Positions 17,430-27,837 of a stretch of 64,000 bases of DNA are shown in pieces. The notes under the pieces were generated by a model. The model saw only the letters and a list, made by a program, of their open reading frames with translations. It had not been told where the DNA came from and searched no databases. The DNA is taken from positions 23,814 to 87,813 of the forward strand of contig JBDIBA010000001.1 in the NCBI GenBank assembly GCA_039812705.1, written 5' to 3'. Position numbers and translations under genes: made by a program. How positions within the stretch are numbered: position 1 is the first letter of the stretch; each line of letters opens with the position of its first letter. This DNA comes from Acidimicrobiia bacterium. Lineage in GTDB: Bacteria > Actinomycetota > Acidimicrobiia > Acidimicrobiales > JBBSGY01.

Positions 17430-18539
17430 ATGTCGCAGCGTCATCTCAGTGCAGTCGTCCTCGCAGCAGGTGCGGGTACCCGCATGAAGTCCGAGAGGCC
17501 AAAACCACTGCATCAACTTTGTGGTCGTCCGATGGTTGTTCATGTGCTGAGCGCTCTTGATGGCGTCGATGTTGATTGGGCTGTGCTTGTTGTCGGTCAC
17601 GGCGCAGAGCGCGTGGTGAAGAAGCTCAATGACGACGCGCCGTCGCAATGGTCGCTTCACTACGTCGAACAGGTTGAGCAAAAGGGAACAGGCGACGCGG
17701 TGTCTATTGCGCTTGCATCGTTGCCAGAACACTTGAGTGACGAGGCCGAAGACGCCGACGTACTGATTCTCCCTGGCGACACTCCGTTGTTGAGGCCACA
17801 GACGATTGTGGACTTGGTTGCACAGCATCGCGAAACCGAAGCCGCGGCCACAATGCTGACGGTCGAGATTGACGATCCGTCAGGTTATGGACGCGTCATC
17901 CGCGACCGTCACGGGCGGGTGCGCAGAGTTGTCGAACAGGCCGACGCGTCGGCCGAGGAGGCCGCGGTTAAAGAGATCAACACGAGTGTCTACTGCTTCA
18001 AGACTTCATTGCTTGGCCCGGCATTGCGTCGCATTTCGCCTGTCAATGCACAGGGCGAGTTCTATTTGACCGACGTCATTCATGTCCTGGCCGAAGGCGG
18101 TCACAGGGTCGAGGCAATGGTCGTCAACGATGCATCGGAAGCCTCGGGCGTGAACGACCGAGTGCAGCTGGCGGAAGCCGACGCCGTGCTTCGCGCGCGC
18201 ATCAATCAGCAGTGGATGAAAGCCGGCGTCTCAATGGTCGACCCGGCCACTACCTACATCGATGTTGACGTGCGCTTGGAAAGTGACGTCACTTTGCATC
18301 CCAACACATGGCTTCATGGGTCCACACGGATTGCCAGCGGTGCCGAGATTGGCCCGGGAACTCGTCTGATTGAGTGCTCGGTGGGGCAGAACTCCAGGAT
18401 CCCTCGCTGCGAAGGAAGGCTTGCCAGTGTTGGCGCCGATGTCGAGATGGGTCCATTCTGTGTTCTGGAACCCGGTGCAGTTGTTGCAGACTCTGAACGG
18501 GTGCCGAGTTTCACGACGCGCCACGGTGCCGGGGAATAA
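17430..18539 (+). CDS. glmU: GlmU-like N-acetylglucosamine-1-phosphate uridylyltransferase with a shortened left-handed beta-helix domain
   Basis: It has the VVLAAGAGTRMKSERPKPLHQLCGRPMV nucleotidyltransferase signature and glmU-prs synteny. Hexapeptide repeats run from ~residue 255, but the protein ends at 369 aa, before the expected H-L-S/T-Y-L-G-D acetyltransferase catalytic motif. Confidence 0.8.
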   Translation: MSQRHLSAVVLAAGAGTRMKSERPKPLHQLCGRPMVVHVLSALDGVDVDWAVLVVGHGAERVVKKLNDDAPSQWSLHYVEQVEQKGTGDAVSIALASLPEHLSDEAEDADVLILPGDTPLLRPQTIVDLVAQHRETEAAATMLTVEIDDPSGYGRVIRDRHGRVRRVVEQADASAEEAAVKEINTSVYCFKTSLLGPALRRISPVNAQGEFYLTDVIHVLAEGGHRVEAMVVNDASEASGVNDRVQLAEADAVLRARINQQWMKAGVSMVDPATTYIDVDVRLESDVTLHPNTWLHGSTRIASGAEIGPGTRLIECSVGQNSRIPRCEGRLASVGADVEMGPFCVLEPGAVVADSERVPSFTTRHGAGE

Positions 18540-18574
18540 CGGCAAGAATCGCTAAAAAGGGATCGGCTGAGTAA

Positions 18575-19549
18575 ATGGAACTCGTGTCAAAACGTCGCTT
18601 GCGCCTCTATGCAGGCAGGGCGACTCAAGAACTGGCTGCAGAAATTGCTGAGCTGCTCGATGATGAGTTGCGATCCGTAAAGCTGGTCGATTTCGCCAGC
18701 GGTGAGACGTACTGCAGGTTTGAAGAGTCGGTTCGAGACACAGATGTGTTCGTCATTCAGAGCCACGTCGCGCCGGTGAATGACGCCATCATGGAACAGC
18801 TGATCATGATTGACGCTGCAAAGCGTGCGTCGGCCAAGCGCATCACTGCGGTGTGTCCTTACTTTGGTTACGGCAGGCAGGACCGCAAGGCGCTCAGCCG
18901 CGAACCGATTACCGCAAAACTGATTGCAGACCTTTTTGGTGCGGCGGGTGTCGACCGCGTTATCGGTGTTGACCTTCACTCCGGTCAGATTCAGGGTTTC
19001 TTTGACGTACCTTTCGACCACCTAACTGCATTCCCCGTGCTTGAGGATTACGTCGCTCGAAACATCGACAGCGCAAACCTGGTCGTCGTTGCGCCCGATG
19101 CGGGGCGAGTCAAGACCGCTGAACGCTTTGCTCACCGCATCGGAGCCGACATTGCATTTGCGCACAAGCGTCGCTCGCGTGAGCAGGCTCACCAGGTTGA
19201 AGTCGATGAGGTCATTGGCGAGGTCGAGGGTCGCCATTGCGTGATCATCGACGACATGATCGACACCGCTGGCACAGTTTGTGCTGCGGCCGATTTGCTC
19301 AAGCGCCGCGGTGCCTCCGACTGCTGGATCATGGCTACTCATGGCATCTTGTCCGGACCCGCGGTTGACCGGTTGAAGAACGCGCCGATCTCAAAGCTGG
19401 TCATCACCAACTCGGTGCCACTGCCCAAGGACCGGCAGTTCGACAAGCTTGAAGTGGTCTCGGTGGCGGGCGTTTTGGCCTCGGCTATCGAGTCGGTTTT
19501 CGAAGGTTCGTCGGTTTCAGATCTTTTTCAGGGTGAAAACCAGCTTTAG
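18575..19549 (+). CDS. prs: Ribose-phosphate pyrophosphokinase
   Basis: It contains ITAVCPYFGYGRQDRK and the VIIDDMIDTAGT PRPP-binding loop. Confidence 0.95.
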   Translation: MELVSKRRLRLYAGRATQELAAEIAELLDDELRSVKLVDFASGETYCRFEESVRDTDVFVIQSHVAPVNDAIMEQLIMIDAAKRASAKRITAVCPYFGYGRQDRKALSREPITAKLIADLFGAAGVDRVIGVDLHSGQIQGFFDVPFDHLTAFPVLEDYVARNIDSANLVVVAPDAGRVKTAERFAHRIGADIAFAHKRRSREQAHQVEVDEVIGEVEGRHCVIIDDMIDTAGTVCAAADLLKRRGASDCWIMATHGILSGPAVDRLKNAPISKLVITNSVPLPKDRQFDKLEVVSVAGVLASAIESVFEGSSVSDLFQGENQL

Positions 19550-19630
19550 TTCAAAAAACGGCAACCGAAACCTCACAAAGAGTGGTTTTCGGCCGATCAA
19601 AAACGAACTCGTCTTTGCCTGGGGGATCAG

Positions 19631-20863
19631 TTGGCATTTCGTAGTTCGCAATTCCGTGCAAGGTTCGCCCGTCTAGCCGCAGTGGCCGCGATGGTTGTCG
19701 CCGGTCTTGGCATGCAGGCAGCAACACCGGCTCCTTCTGTGGCTAACGGCCCTTACAACATTGAGGGTCAAACCTGGTTGGCTAACTCTTCGGGCGAAGT
19801 GGTTCGCCTGAGTGGTGCCCCCAACCACGGCAGCCTCAAGGGTGTGCCCCTCAACCGACCAATTGTCGGGATGACTCCGACCAGGTCGGGAAATGGCTAC
19901 TGGATGGTGGCCACCGACGGCGGTGTGTTCAGCTTTGGCGACGCAGCCTTCTATGGCTCCACCGGAAACATCCGCTTGAACCAGCCAATCATTGCAATGG
20001 CGCAAACCAAGTCCGGAGACGGTTACTGGTTGATTGCCTCTGACGGCGGAATCTTCAGCTACGGCGATGCCCGTTTCTACGGCTCCACCGGAAACATCCG
20101 CTTGAACAAGCCGATTGTTGCAATGACTCCGACGCCATCGGGCAACGGTTACTGGCTCGTTGCATCAGACGGCGGTGTGTTCAGCTTTGGTGACGCAGCC
20201 TTCTATGGCTCCACCGGAAACATTCGACTCATTCAGCCGATCGTTTCGATGGCACCGACGCCATCAGGAAAGGGCTACTGGTTGGCAGCAGCCGATGGCG
20301 GCATCTTCGCCTTCGGCGATGCTGGCTTCTTCGGTTCGGCCGGTGGCAGCCCAACGGCGAACTTCGTCCAAGTCGTTGCCAAAAGTGACGGTCGCGGTTA
20401 CTGGCTGGTTCGCAAGGGCGGCGACACGCTTTCCTATGGAACCGCAACAAGTGGATCGCGTCCTCCGGTTGCTCAGGTGTTCAAGCCCGGCAACCGTGGC
20501 GAGATTGCAGTTGACTACGCCATTCGTCGACTTGGAACCCCATATGTCTGGGGCGGCAACGGTCCGAACGGTTACGACTGCAGTGGTTTGACATCGCAAG
20601 CTTGGAAGTCTGCGGGCAGTGGCATTCCTCGCGTTGCCAATGACCAATACAACTTTGGCACCCGCATTCCGCTTGACCAGCTGCGCCCGGGCGACCTGTT
20701 GTTCTGGGGTCCGGACCGCGCCAACTCGCGTTCGATTGACCACGTTGGAATGTATGTCGGCGGTGGCTGGGCCATTAACTCCAGCTCCGGCGGAGTCTCT
20801 ATGCGCAGCGTTCCGGGAACGTCGGGTTGGATGTTCCCGTACGGAGTTCGACCGGCTTCCTGA
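19631..20863 (+). CDS. Secreted NlpC/P60 (C40) peptidoglycan endopeptidase with an N-terminal 42-aa tandem repeat domain
   Basis: It has a signal peptide, then four full 42-aa repeats of the form P-I-V-x-M-x-P-T-x-S-G-x-G-Y-W-L-V-A-S-D-G-G-V-F-S-F-G-D-A-x-F-Y-G-S-T-G, plus flanking partial repeats. The C-terminal YVWGGNGPNGYDCSGL...HVGMYVGGG is the NlpC/P60 Cys/His core. Confidence 0.85.
   Translation: MAFRSSQFRARFARLAAVAAMVVAGLGMQAATPAPSVANGPYNIEGQTWLANSSGEVVRLSGAPNHGSLKGVPLNRPIVGMTPTRSGNGYWMVATDGGVFSFGDAAFYGSTGNIRLNQPIIAMAQTKSGDGYWLIASDGGIFSYGDARFYGSTGNIRLNKPIVAMTPTPSGNGYWLVASDGGVFSFGDAAFYGSTGNIRLIQPIVSMAPTPSGKGYWLAAADGGIFAFGDAGFFGSAGGSPTANFVQVVAKSDGRGYWLVRKGGDTLSYGTATSGSRPPVAQVFKPGNRGEIAVDYAIRRLGTPYVWGGNGPNGYDCSGLTSQAWKSAGSGIPRVANDQYNFGTRIPLDQLRPGDLLFWGPDRANSRSIDHVGMYVGGGWAINSSSGGVSMRSVPGTSGWMFPYGVRPAS
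19853..20356 (+). repeat. Four tandem 126-nt coding repeats inside the NlpC/P60 gene
   Basis: Repeat units start at 19853, 19979, 20105 and 20231. Units 1 and 3 share a nearly identical ~60-nt core (gacggcggtgtgttcagctttgg[c/t]gacgcagccttctatggctccaccggaaacat). Confidence 0.85.
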
Positions 20864-20920
20864 GGGTTCTCTCGCAGACTCGACCAGCAGGGGAGTGAAC
20901 TTCACCTAGAATCACCCCCC

Positions 20921-21598
20921 ATGGCTGAAGTCGCTCTCTCTGCAAACCTCCGTAAGAACCCTGGCAGCTCGAACTCTCGACGCCTTCGCACCTCCGGTCA
21001 AATCCCCGGAGTCGTCTACGGACACGGTATCGATCCGACTTCGGTAAGCGTCGAAGCAAAGTCTTTGCGCCTTGCTCTCAACACAGACGCGGGTCTCAAT
21101 GCGCTGATCAACCTTGACGTTGAGGGCAAGAAGCACCTCACCTTGGCGCGCAGCGTGCAGCTTCACCCCGTCCGCAACACCGTTTCCCACGTTGACTTTC
21201 AAGTGGTCAGCCGCAACGAAGTGATGACCGTTGAAGTCCCGTTTGCCTTTATTGGTGAAGCAGACGAGCTTCGCAAGGCCGGCGGCATCCTCGAACACGT
21301 TCTCAACACGCTCACCGTTTCGGCGACGCCAACCAACATTCCTGCGCACATCGAAATCGACGTCACCAACGTCAACATCGACGACAGCATTCGCGTCAAT
21401 GACATCAAGCTTCCTAACGGTGTCACCACCGAAGTCGATCCCGAAGAAGCCATTGTCATCGGAAAGATCACTCCCAAGGAAGAGTCCCTTGAGGCCGCTT
21501 CCGGCGAGGGTGAAGCCGCCGAGGGTGAACAAGGTTCAGGCGAGGGTGCGGGCGAAGAGGCTTCAGCCGACGCCGAAGCCGAGAACAAAGAGGGTTAA
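20921..21598 (+). CDS. rplY: 50S ribosomal protein L25 / general stress protein Ctc
   Basis: It has the N-terminal R..GKG.SRRLR-type sequence (NSRRLRTSGQIPGVVYG) and an acidic Glu/Gly/Ala-rich C-terminal tail. The ctc-pth synteny supports the call. Confidence 0.9.
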   Translation: MAEVALSANLRKNPGSSNSRRLRTSGQIPGVVYGHGIDPTSVSVEAKSLRLALNTDAGLNALINLDVEGKKHLTLARSVQLHPVRNTVSHVDFQVVSRNEVMTVEVPFAFIGEADELRKAGGILEHVLNTLTVSATPTNIPAHIEIDVTNVNIDDSIRVNDIKLPNGVTTEVDPEEAIVIGKITPKEESLEAASGEGEAAEGEQGSGEGAGEEASADAEAENKEG

Positions 21599-21673
21599 GC
21601 CCTGCCTGCTTTTGGTCGCGGCAGGTCAAAGAAAGATCTGCCGACCAAGAAATCCGGAACGCCAGCAGACCTC

Positions 21674-22228
21674 TTGGTCGTCGGCCTTGGCAATCCAGGC
21701 GCTGAGTACGACGGCACACGTCACAATGCCGGCCTTGACTGCGTTTCCCACATTGCCGCCGAGCGCGGGGTCAACCTGCGTTCTGCAATGGGCAAGGCGT
21801 TGTGGGGTCAAACCCGCATCGGCGAAAAGCTTTTGGCGTTGGGAATCCCGGGCGTCTTCATGAACCTTTCAGGCGAGTCCGTTGCGCCACTTGTTCGTCG
21901 CTACGGCATCGAGAGCCTTGAAAACCTTGTGATCATTCACGATGAGCTTGATCTGCCAACCGGTTCGATTCAGGTGAAGTTGGGCGGCGGCCTGGCGGGT
22001 CACAACGGTCTGAAATCCATCAAGCACCACTTGAAGGACGATGGCTTTGCGCGAATCCGCATTGGCATTGATCGTCCCGATGGCCGTCAGCCGGTAAGTG
22101 ACTATGTGCTTCGTCGTCCAACGGGCGACCAACGTGAGTTGCTTGACGCGGGCATTGCGCGGGCCGCCGAGTGCGTTGAGGACATCTTGATGCACGGACT
22201 TACAACGGCAATGAATCGCTACAACTGA
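21674..22228 (+). CDS. pth: Peptidyl-tRNA hydrolase
   Basis: It contains LVVGLGNPGAEYDGTRHNAG and GGLAGHNGLKSI, both Pth motifs. It uses a TTG start, and there is no in-frame ATG or GTG upstream. Confidence 0.9.
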   Translation: MVVGLGNPGAEYDGTRHNAGLDCVSHIAAERGVNLRSAMGKALWGQTRIGEKLLALGIPGVFMNLSGESVAPLVRRYGIESLENLVIIHDELDLPTGSIQVKLGGGLAGHNGLKSIKHHLKDDGFARIRIGIDRPDGRQPVSDYVLRRPTGDQRELLDAGIARAAECVEDILMHGLTTAMNRYN

Positions 22229-22268
22229 CTTGGGTCGATAGGTCTTTTCGTTCACTACTGTTGAACAA

Positions 22269-25200
22269 GTGCTAACTGCGCTCCCACCTTTGTTGCGATC
22301 TCAAGAGTCGCTGATGTCGATCCTTGGCGCACCTTCGCGCGCTGTTGCCGTTCCAGATGCGGTTCGTGCGTTCTTCCTCGCCGGGTTGAACCATCTCAGT
22401 GCTCCACCCGTGACACTTGTTGTTGTTGCAACGACAAATGACGCACAGAAATTGGTCAACGACCTTGGCGTGTGGCTCGGTGAAGAAAGTGTGTCGTTGT
22501 TTCCAGCATGGGAAACACTGCCTTTTGAACGAGTAAGCCCGGCAGTCGAGACAATGGGCGAACGTCAACGTGTTCTCTGGAAACTCAAGTCAATCGCTGA
22601 TGACACAGGTGCGAATGACAAAGCCCAGCAGAGTCGCCACGTAATTGTTGCGCCCATTAAATCGTTGCTGCAATTGCTTGGACCTGACAACGCGGCGAGC
22701 GACCCGGTGTGTGTTCGCAAGGGTGACACGGTTGACCCCATGAAGCTTGTTGAACGTCTTGTTTCGGCTGGATACCGACGTGACTACCAAGTTGAACACC
22801 GCGGAGACGTTGCAGTGCGCGGTTCCATTGTTGACGTGTTTGGTTCGACAGCAGACGCACCCGTGCGCATTGACTTGTGGGGCGACGAAGTGGACCGCTT
22901 GAGCGAGTTCGCGATTGCCGACCAGCGTTCGACCAACGATGTTGATTCTGTTGAGTTGTTCCCTTGTCGCGAAGTGCTTCCCACGCAAGACACCAAGAGC
23001 CGCGCTCAACAACTAAGTCGCCTAGAGCCGTGGGGTCGCGAGCAATGGGAAAAGCTCAGCGAAGGCCAGCTGTTTGAAGGCATGGAGTCTTGGCTGCCGT
23101 GGATTTCTGTGCGTGAGCGAGTGCTAACGGACTTATTGCCTCGCGATTCGCAGATCTTGTTGGTTGAGCCGCGCCGCATGCGTGACCGCGCAAGCGAGTT
23201 GCAAGACGAAGAACGCGCGCTGGCCGAAACGTTGGCGTCAACGTGGAGTGCGCGAAAGGAGGGCGAAGACCCGTTCCCGCACTTACATGTGGACTTTGAG
23301 CGCCTGCTGGAAGCGACTCCGGCAAGTGTGCGTTTTCTGACTTCGGTTCCAGAGAGCCCAGACACGCCGTCTGTTGATGCGCGTGGTTGGGGTGACATCG
23401 CCGGCGACGGAGCGCGCGTGGCCAAGTCGATCACTGAACTTGTTGATGATGGCTATCGAGTTGTGCTGACCGCTGAGACGCCGTCAAGTGCGCAACGCAT
23501 GTCGCACGCGTTGTCTGAACAAGGCGTTACAGCACCGGTGGCACTTGATGCACAGGACCACGATGCTCACTGGGCTCGGGAATCCGGCGCCCATGTCGTT
23601 GTTGCCAGTCTCGAAAAAGGTTTCGTGTTCGCGCCCGCAAAGTTGGCGGTCCTTAGTGAAGCCGATGTCAACGGGCGCCGCCGGTCGCACCGCAAGCCAA
23701 AGGCTCGTTCGCGCGCCATGGAAGGCTTTTTCGATCAGCTTCAACCTGGCGATTACGTCGTGCACCACGTTCACGGTGTCGGCAAGTACGTCGGCATGGT
23801 CAAGAGAAACCTTGGTGGCGCCGAACGCGACTACTTGATGCTTGAGTACAAGGGCAACGACCGCTTATACGTGCCATCGGACCAGATTGATGCCATTCGT
23901 CCGTACACGGGCGGCGAGACGCCAACGCTTAACAAGATGGGCGGTTCGGACTTTGGCCGGACCAAGTCACGGGTGCAACAGGCCGTTCGGGAAATCGCCC
24001 AAGAACTTGTGGTGTTGTACCAACGCCGAACGCATTCTCCCGGTCATGCGTTTGGCGCCGATACGCCGTGGCAACGCGAGCTCGAAGAGAACTTCCCGTT
24101 CACTGAAACCACAGACCAGCTGAAGGCCATTGAAGAAGTGAAGGACGACATGGAGCGCGAAGTTCCAATGGATCGTTTGGTCTGCGGCGATGTTGGTTTC
24201 GGCAAGACCGAAGTTGCCATCAGGGCTGCGTTCAAGGCAGTGCAAGACAACAAGCAAGTTGCCGTTCTTGTTCCAACGACGTTGTTAGCCCAGCAGCACT
24301 TCCAGACGTTTAGCGACCGCTTTGCGGGCTATCCGGTCAGGGTTGAAGTGTTGAGCCGCTTCTTGACGAGCGCGCAGCAGAAGCGCGTCATCAAAGAGAT
24401 TGCCGACGGCGAAGTTGATGTTGTCATTGGCACGCACAAACTGCTCAGCGACAAGATCGCGTTTCCACGTTTGGGTTTGCTTGTGGTCGACGAGGAACAG
24501 CGTTTCGGCGTTACGCACAAAGAAGCCATCAAACAACTACAGAATCAGGTTGACGTCTTGACCCTGTCGGCTACGCCGATTCCGCGCACGCTCGAGATGA
24601 GCCTTACGGGTATTCGCGACCTAACCATTCTCAACACTCCGCCAGCTGAACGTCAGCCGATTCTCACCTATGTCGGTGAAGCCAATGACCAAGCGGTTAG
24701 CGAAGCAATTCGGCGCGAGCTGCTTCGCGAAGGTCAGGTGTTTTACATCCACAACCGGGTGCACGACATCGACCGCAAGGCCGCCGAGATTCGCGAGCTC
24801 GTGCCCGAGGCTCGTGTTGCAATTGCACACGGCCAGATGGACGAAGGCTCCCTTGAACAGATCATCTATGACTTCTGGGAAAACAAGTACGACGTGTTGG
24901 TTTCTACGACGATTGTCGAATCGGGTATCGACATGCCGACGGTGAACACACTCGTTGTGGATCGCGCCGACAGGCTTGGCCTTGGTCAGTTGCACCAGCT
25001 GCGTGGCCGTGTTGGTCGTTCCGGCCAGCGTGCCTACGCGTACCTGTTCTATCCCCCCGATGTTTCGCTGAGCGAACAGGCCTATGAGCGTCTCAAGACC
25101 ATTGGCGAAAACACTGCTCTTGGGTCGGGCTTCAAGATTGCAATGCGTGACCTTGAAATTCGCGGCGCCGGAAACCTTCTCGGCGGAACCCAAAGCGGGC

Positions 25201-25781
25201 ACATTGCTGCCGTTGGCTACGACCTCTACGTTCAGATGGTGTCCGAAGCCGTGGCAGAGCTGAAGGGCGAACCAATTCGAGAGCCCGCCGAAATCAAACT
25301 TGAAGTGCCGGTCAACGCCAACTTGTCAGACGAGTACATCGGTCGCGAAGACCTGCGTTTGGAGGCGTATAAGCGATTGGCCACAGTCACAAGTGACAGC
25401 GAGGTTGATGACATTCGTCGCGAATGGCTTGACCGCTATGGTCCCATTCCTCAAGAAGCAGAGGCGCTGCTTGAGGTTGCTGCACTGCGTGCTGAATGCG
25501 TACGCACCGGCGTTCGTGAAGTCTCTGTTAGTCGTGATGTTGCTCGCATCTCGCCTCTGCAGCTCAAGGCCAGTGCATCCATTCGCTTGAAGCGGGTCTA
25601 TCCAAATGCAGTAGAGAAACAAGACCTTGAGCAGATTCAAGTGCCGTTGCCTCGCAAGTCCGCCGTGCGATTTGGCACGAAGAAGCCAGACGAGAAGGAA
25701 GCAGAATCGATTGTTGTCATGTTGACTCGGTTCTTGCGTGACATGGTTCCGGTTGAAGGCGTTGAGGGAGCGGCATCGTGA
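22269..25781 (+). CDS. mfd: Transcription-repair coupling factor Mfd
   Basis: At 1170 aa it has a UvrB-like N-terminus, an RNAP-interaction domain, and SF2 helicase motifs ([34 protein letters not shown]). Confidence 0.95.
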   Translation: MLTALPPLLRSQESLMSILGAPSRAVAVPDAVRAFFLAGLNHLSAPPVTLVVVATTNDAQKLVNDLGVWLGEESVSLFPAWETLPFERVSPAVETMGERQRVLWKLKSIADDTGANDKAQQSRHVIVAPIKSLLQLLGPDNAASDPVCVRKGDTVDPMKLVERLVSAGYRRDYQVEHRGDVAVRGSIVDVFGSTADAPVRIDLWGDEVDRLSEFAIADQRSTNDVDSVELFPCREVLPTQDTKSRAQQLSRLEPWGREQWEKLSEGQLFEGMESWLPWISVRERVLTDLLPRDSQILLVEPRRMRDRASELQDEERALAETLASTWSARKEGEDPFPHLHVDFERLLEATPASVRFLTSVPESPDTPSVDARGWGDIAGDGARVAKSITELVDDGYRVVLTAETPSSAQRMSHALSEQGVTAPVALDAQDHDAHWARESGAHVVVASLEKGFVFAPAKLAVLSEADVNGRRRSHRKPKARSRAMEGFFDQLQPGDYVVHHVHGVGKYVGMVKRNLGGAERDYLMLEYKGNDRLYVPSDQIDAIRPYTGGETPTLNKMGGSDFGRTKSRVQQAVREIAQELVVLYQRRTHSPGHAFGADTPWQRELEENFPFTETTDQLKAIEEVKDDMEREVPMDRLVCGDVGFGKTEVAIRAAFKAVQDNKQVAVLVPTTLLAQQHFQTFSDRFAGYPVRVEVLSRFLTSAQQKRVIKEIADGEVDVVIGTHKLLSDKIAFPRLGLLVVDEEQRFGVTHKEAIKQLQNQVDVLTLSATPIPRTLEMSLTGIRDLTILNTPPAERQPILTYVGEANDQAVSEAIRRELLREGQVFYIHNRVHDIDRKAAEIRELVPEARVAIAHGQMDEGSLEQIIYDFWENKYDVLVSTTIVESGIDMPTVNTLVVDRADRLGLGQLHQLRGRVGRSGQRAYAYLFYPPDVSLSEQAYERLKTIGENTALGSGFKIAMRDLEIRGAGNLLGGTQSGHIAAVGYDLYVQMVSEAVAELKGEPIREPAEIKLEVPVNANLSDEYIGREDLRLEAYKRLATVTSDSEVDDIRREWLDRYGPIPQEAEALLEVAALRAECVRTGVREVSVSRDVARISPLQLKASASIRLKRVYPNAVEKQDLEQIQVPLPRKSAVRFGTKKPDEKEAESIVVMLTRFLRDMVPVEGVEGAAS

Positions 25782-27052
25782 CAAACAAAGCGACAATTGT
25801 TGTGGTGGGTCTTGGTCCTGCCGACCGCGACCTAATAACCAAGTCCGCACACGATGCATTGGCTGGCGATCATGTCTATCTGCGAACCCGCAAGCATCCA
25901 GCGGCGCAACCATTTACAAACGCCGTCAGCTTTGACGATGTGTATGACTCTGCCGAGCGCATCGAAGACGTTTACCCCGAGATCGTTGAACGCCTAGTTG
26001 CGGCTGCTCAAGAACACGGTCGCATTGTCTATGCCGTGCCTGGTTCTCCGTTGGTTGCAGAAGCAACCGTCGTGGGGTTGCGCGCGAGGTCCGACGTCGA
26101 CGTCTCGATCATTGCTGCGTTGTCGTTCCTTGACCTGTGTTGGCAGGAGCTTGGTGTTGACCCGCTTGATGTTTCGCCGCGCATTGTCGATGGGCGCGCG
26201 TTTGCTGTCGAGGCCGCGGGGGAGCGCGGCCCAATGCTTGTTGCTCAATGCGATCAGCAATGGGTGCTGAGTGACATCAAGCTTGCTTACGAGAACGAAA
26301 CTCCAGACACCGTGACTGTCTTGCAGCGCCTCGGCTCGCCCGATCAAGCCGTTTTCACGCTGCCCTGGGAAGATTTGGACCGCAGCGTTGAAGCCGACGA
26401 ACGCACCAGCCTTTGGATTGAAAACGTTCCAAGTCCCGTTGCCATGGAGCTGTCTCGGCTCGATTCCGTTTCGCAAGAACTGCGTGTCAGGTGTCCCTGG
26501 GACGCCAAGCAGACGCACGCGAGTCTGTCCAAGCACTTGATTGAGGAAAGTTACGAAGCCGTTGAGGCCATGAACGGCGACGACGATGATCACCTGATTG
26601 AAGAGTTGGGCGACGTGTTGTTTCAAGTGTTTGCTCACAGCACAATCGCAACTCAACAGGGTCGCTTTACCGTGGGCGACGTTGCTAAGGCCGTGACGGA
26701 CAAGCTGGTCGAACGTCACCCTCACGTTTATGGCGATGAGTCCGCCGCAACTGCAGATGAAGTTGTGAAGAACTGGGAGGTCAACAAGATGTCCTCCAAG
26801 GGTCGCAGTAGTGCAATGGAAGGAATACCGGCCGACCTTCCGTCTTTGATGTATGCATCAAAAGTTCTTTCGCGCGCCAAGGCTGCGGGTTTTGTTGAAT
26901 CCGCATCAACCGAATCGGCCCAGGAGTTGGGCGATGTGTTGTTGCGCCTAGTCGCCCAGGCAGCAGAAGCGGGACAAGACCCTGAAGTCGCACTGCGCAT
27001 GGCGGTCGATCGCTATCGCGAAAGATTCTTGAGTTACGAACAACGCAAGTAG
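25778..27052 (+). CDS. mazG: MazG-type nucleoside triphosphate pyrophosphohydrolase with an N-terminal tetrapyrrole-methylase-like domain (YabN-type)
   Basis: It has an N-terminal IVVVGLGPA methylase-like fold and a C-terminal EESYEAVEA...EELGDVLFQV MazG EExxE motif. A GTGA overlap with mfd is present, and mfd-mazG synteny supports the call. Confidence 0.85.
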   Translation: MTNKATIVVVGLGPADRDLITKSAHDALAGDHVYLRTRKHPAAQPFTNAVSFDDVYDSAERIEDVYPEIVERLVAAAQEHGRIVYAVPGSPLVAEATVVGLRARSDVDVSIIAALSFLDLCWQELGVDPLDVSPRIVDGRAFAVEAAGERGPMLVAQCDQQWVLSDIKLAYENETPDTVTVLQRLGSPDQAVFTLPWEDLDRSVEADERTSLWIENVPSPVAMELSRLDSVSQELRVRCPWDAKQTHASLSKHLIEESYEAVEAMNGDDDDHLIEELGDVLFQVFAHSTIATQQGRFTVGDVAKAVTDKLVERHPHVYGDESAATADEVVKNWEVNKMSSKGRSSAMEGIPADLPSLMYASKVLSRAKAAGFVESASTESAQELGDVLLRLVAQAAEAGQDPEVALRMAVDRYRERFLSYEQRK

Positions 27053-27111
27053 TCGATCAATGCCCGTTGTTTGCTGAATCGATTTTGCAATGGGTTTGTA
27101 TCGTGTTGCTC

Positions 27112-27663
27112 ATGGATGTTTCAGAAGTATTGACTTTCCGACGCGTCCGCGACGCCGCAGATTTTGACGGTTTGCGCATTGCGGCCTTAGTGCCCGGACA
27201 TCCTGGTCATCCAGTTCGTTGGTCATATGACAACGCGCCTTCATCTGTTCACATTGGCGCCTACTTGAAGGACGAGTTGATCGGCTGCGTCAGCAGCTAC
27301 GACACGCGAGATCTCGATCCCGAGGCGCCGGCCTCGGTGCGCCTGCATTCAATGGCCATTGATGCATCGGTTCGCGGAATGGGATTGGGTCGCAAGCTGC
27401 TTGGCGAACTTGCCCGGGTGTTGCTTATCGAAGGTGGCGACTTTGAGATTCTTGAAGCCACCGCACGCGACTCGGCTGTCGGCTTTTACAACCGGCTCGG
27501 TTTTGAGCTTGGACCCAAGGGTCGTTTCGAGTTCAAAGAGACCGGTTTCGCAGCAAACTGGATCCAAATCTCTCGTGAGAAAATGGCCAGCTGCTTGCTG
27601 AGCGACCCTCTCAAGGTTTCCAGGTCACAAGTTCGTCCTGCGTGGTTTCCAGCAAGCGCTTGA
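27112..27663 (+). CDS. GNAT-family N-acetyltransferase
   Basis: It has the acetyl-CoA motif A MAIDASVRGMGLGRKLL and FYNRLGFE. ATG 27112 is preferred over the track start at 27067. Confidence 0.7.
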   Translation: MDVSEVLTFRRVRDAADFDGLRIAALVPGHPGHPVRWSYDNAPSSVHIGAYLKDELIGCVSSYDTRDLDPEAPASVRLHSMAIDASVRGMGLGRKLLGELARVLLIEGGDFEILEATARDSAVGFYNRLGFELGPKGRFEFKETGFAANWIQISREKMASCLLSDPLKVSRSQVRPAWFPASA

Positions 27664-27728
27664 TCCCACCGGGGTCATTGCGGTCACTATAGTTGGGGTT
27701 GGGTATCTACCCTTCGCGACTTCGCCGC

Positions 27729-27837
27729 ATCTGCGGGCTGTCTGCACAACCTTCAGGTGGTTGTGGGCTGCAAACCCATAAAACAGGTACGCCCTGCCTT
27801 TGGCGGGCGGGGGTTCGAATCCCCGCGCAGTTAGCCA
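27729..27837 (+). other. tRNA-like structured element (four consecutive hairpins, T-arm GGGG(G)-TTCGAAT-CCCC, ending ...GCGCAGTTA-G-CCA); identity unresolved
   Basis: The hairpins are CACAACC/GGTTGTG (loop TTCAGGT), (G)TGGG/CCCA(T) (loop CTGCAAA), CGCCC/GGGCG, and the canonical T-loop TTCGAAT at 27814-27820. The only 5' partners for the 3' strand are imperfect (CTGCG at 27731, or TCATTGCG at 27675), so I could not fold a canonical tRNA. Confidence 0.25.

Noticed and set aside
19550-19630. Terminator after prs (CCGAAACC...GGTTTTCGG hairpin)
   Set aside because: The stem is imperfect and no T-run follows on the plus strand. The T-run is on the opposite strand, where no gene needs terminating.
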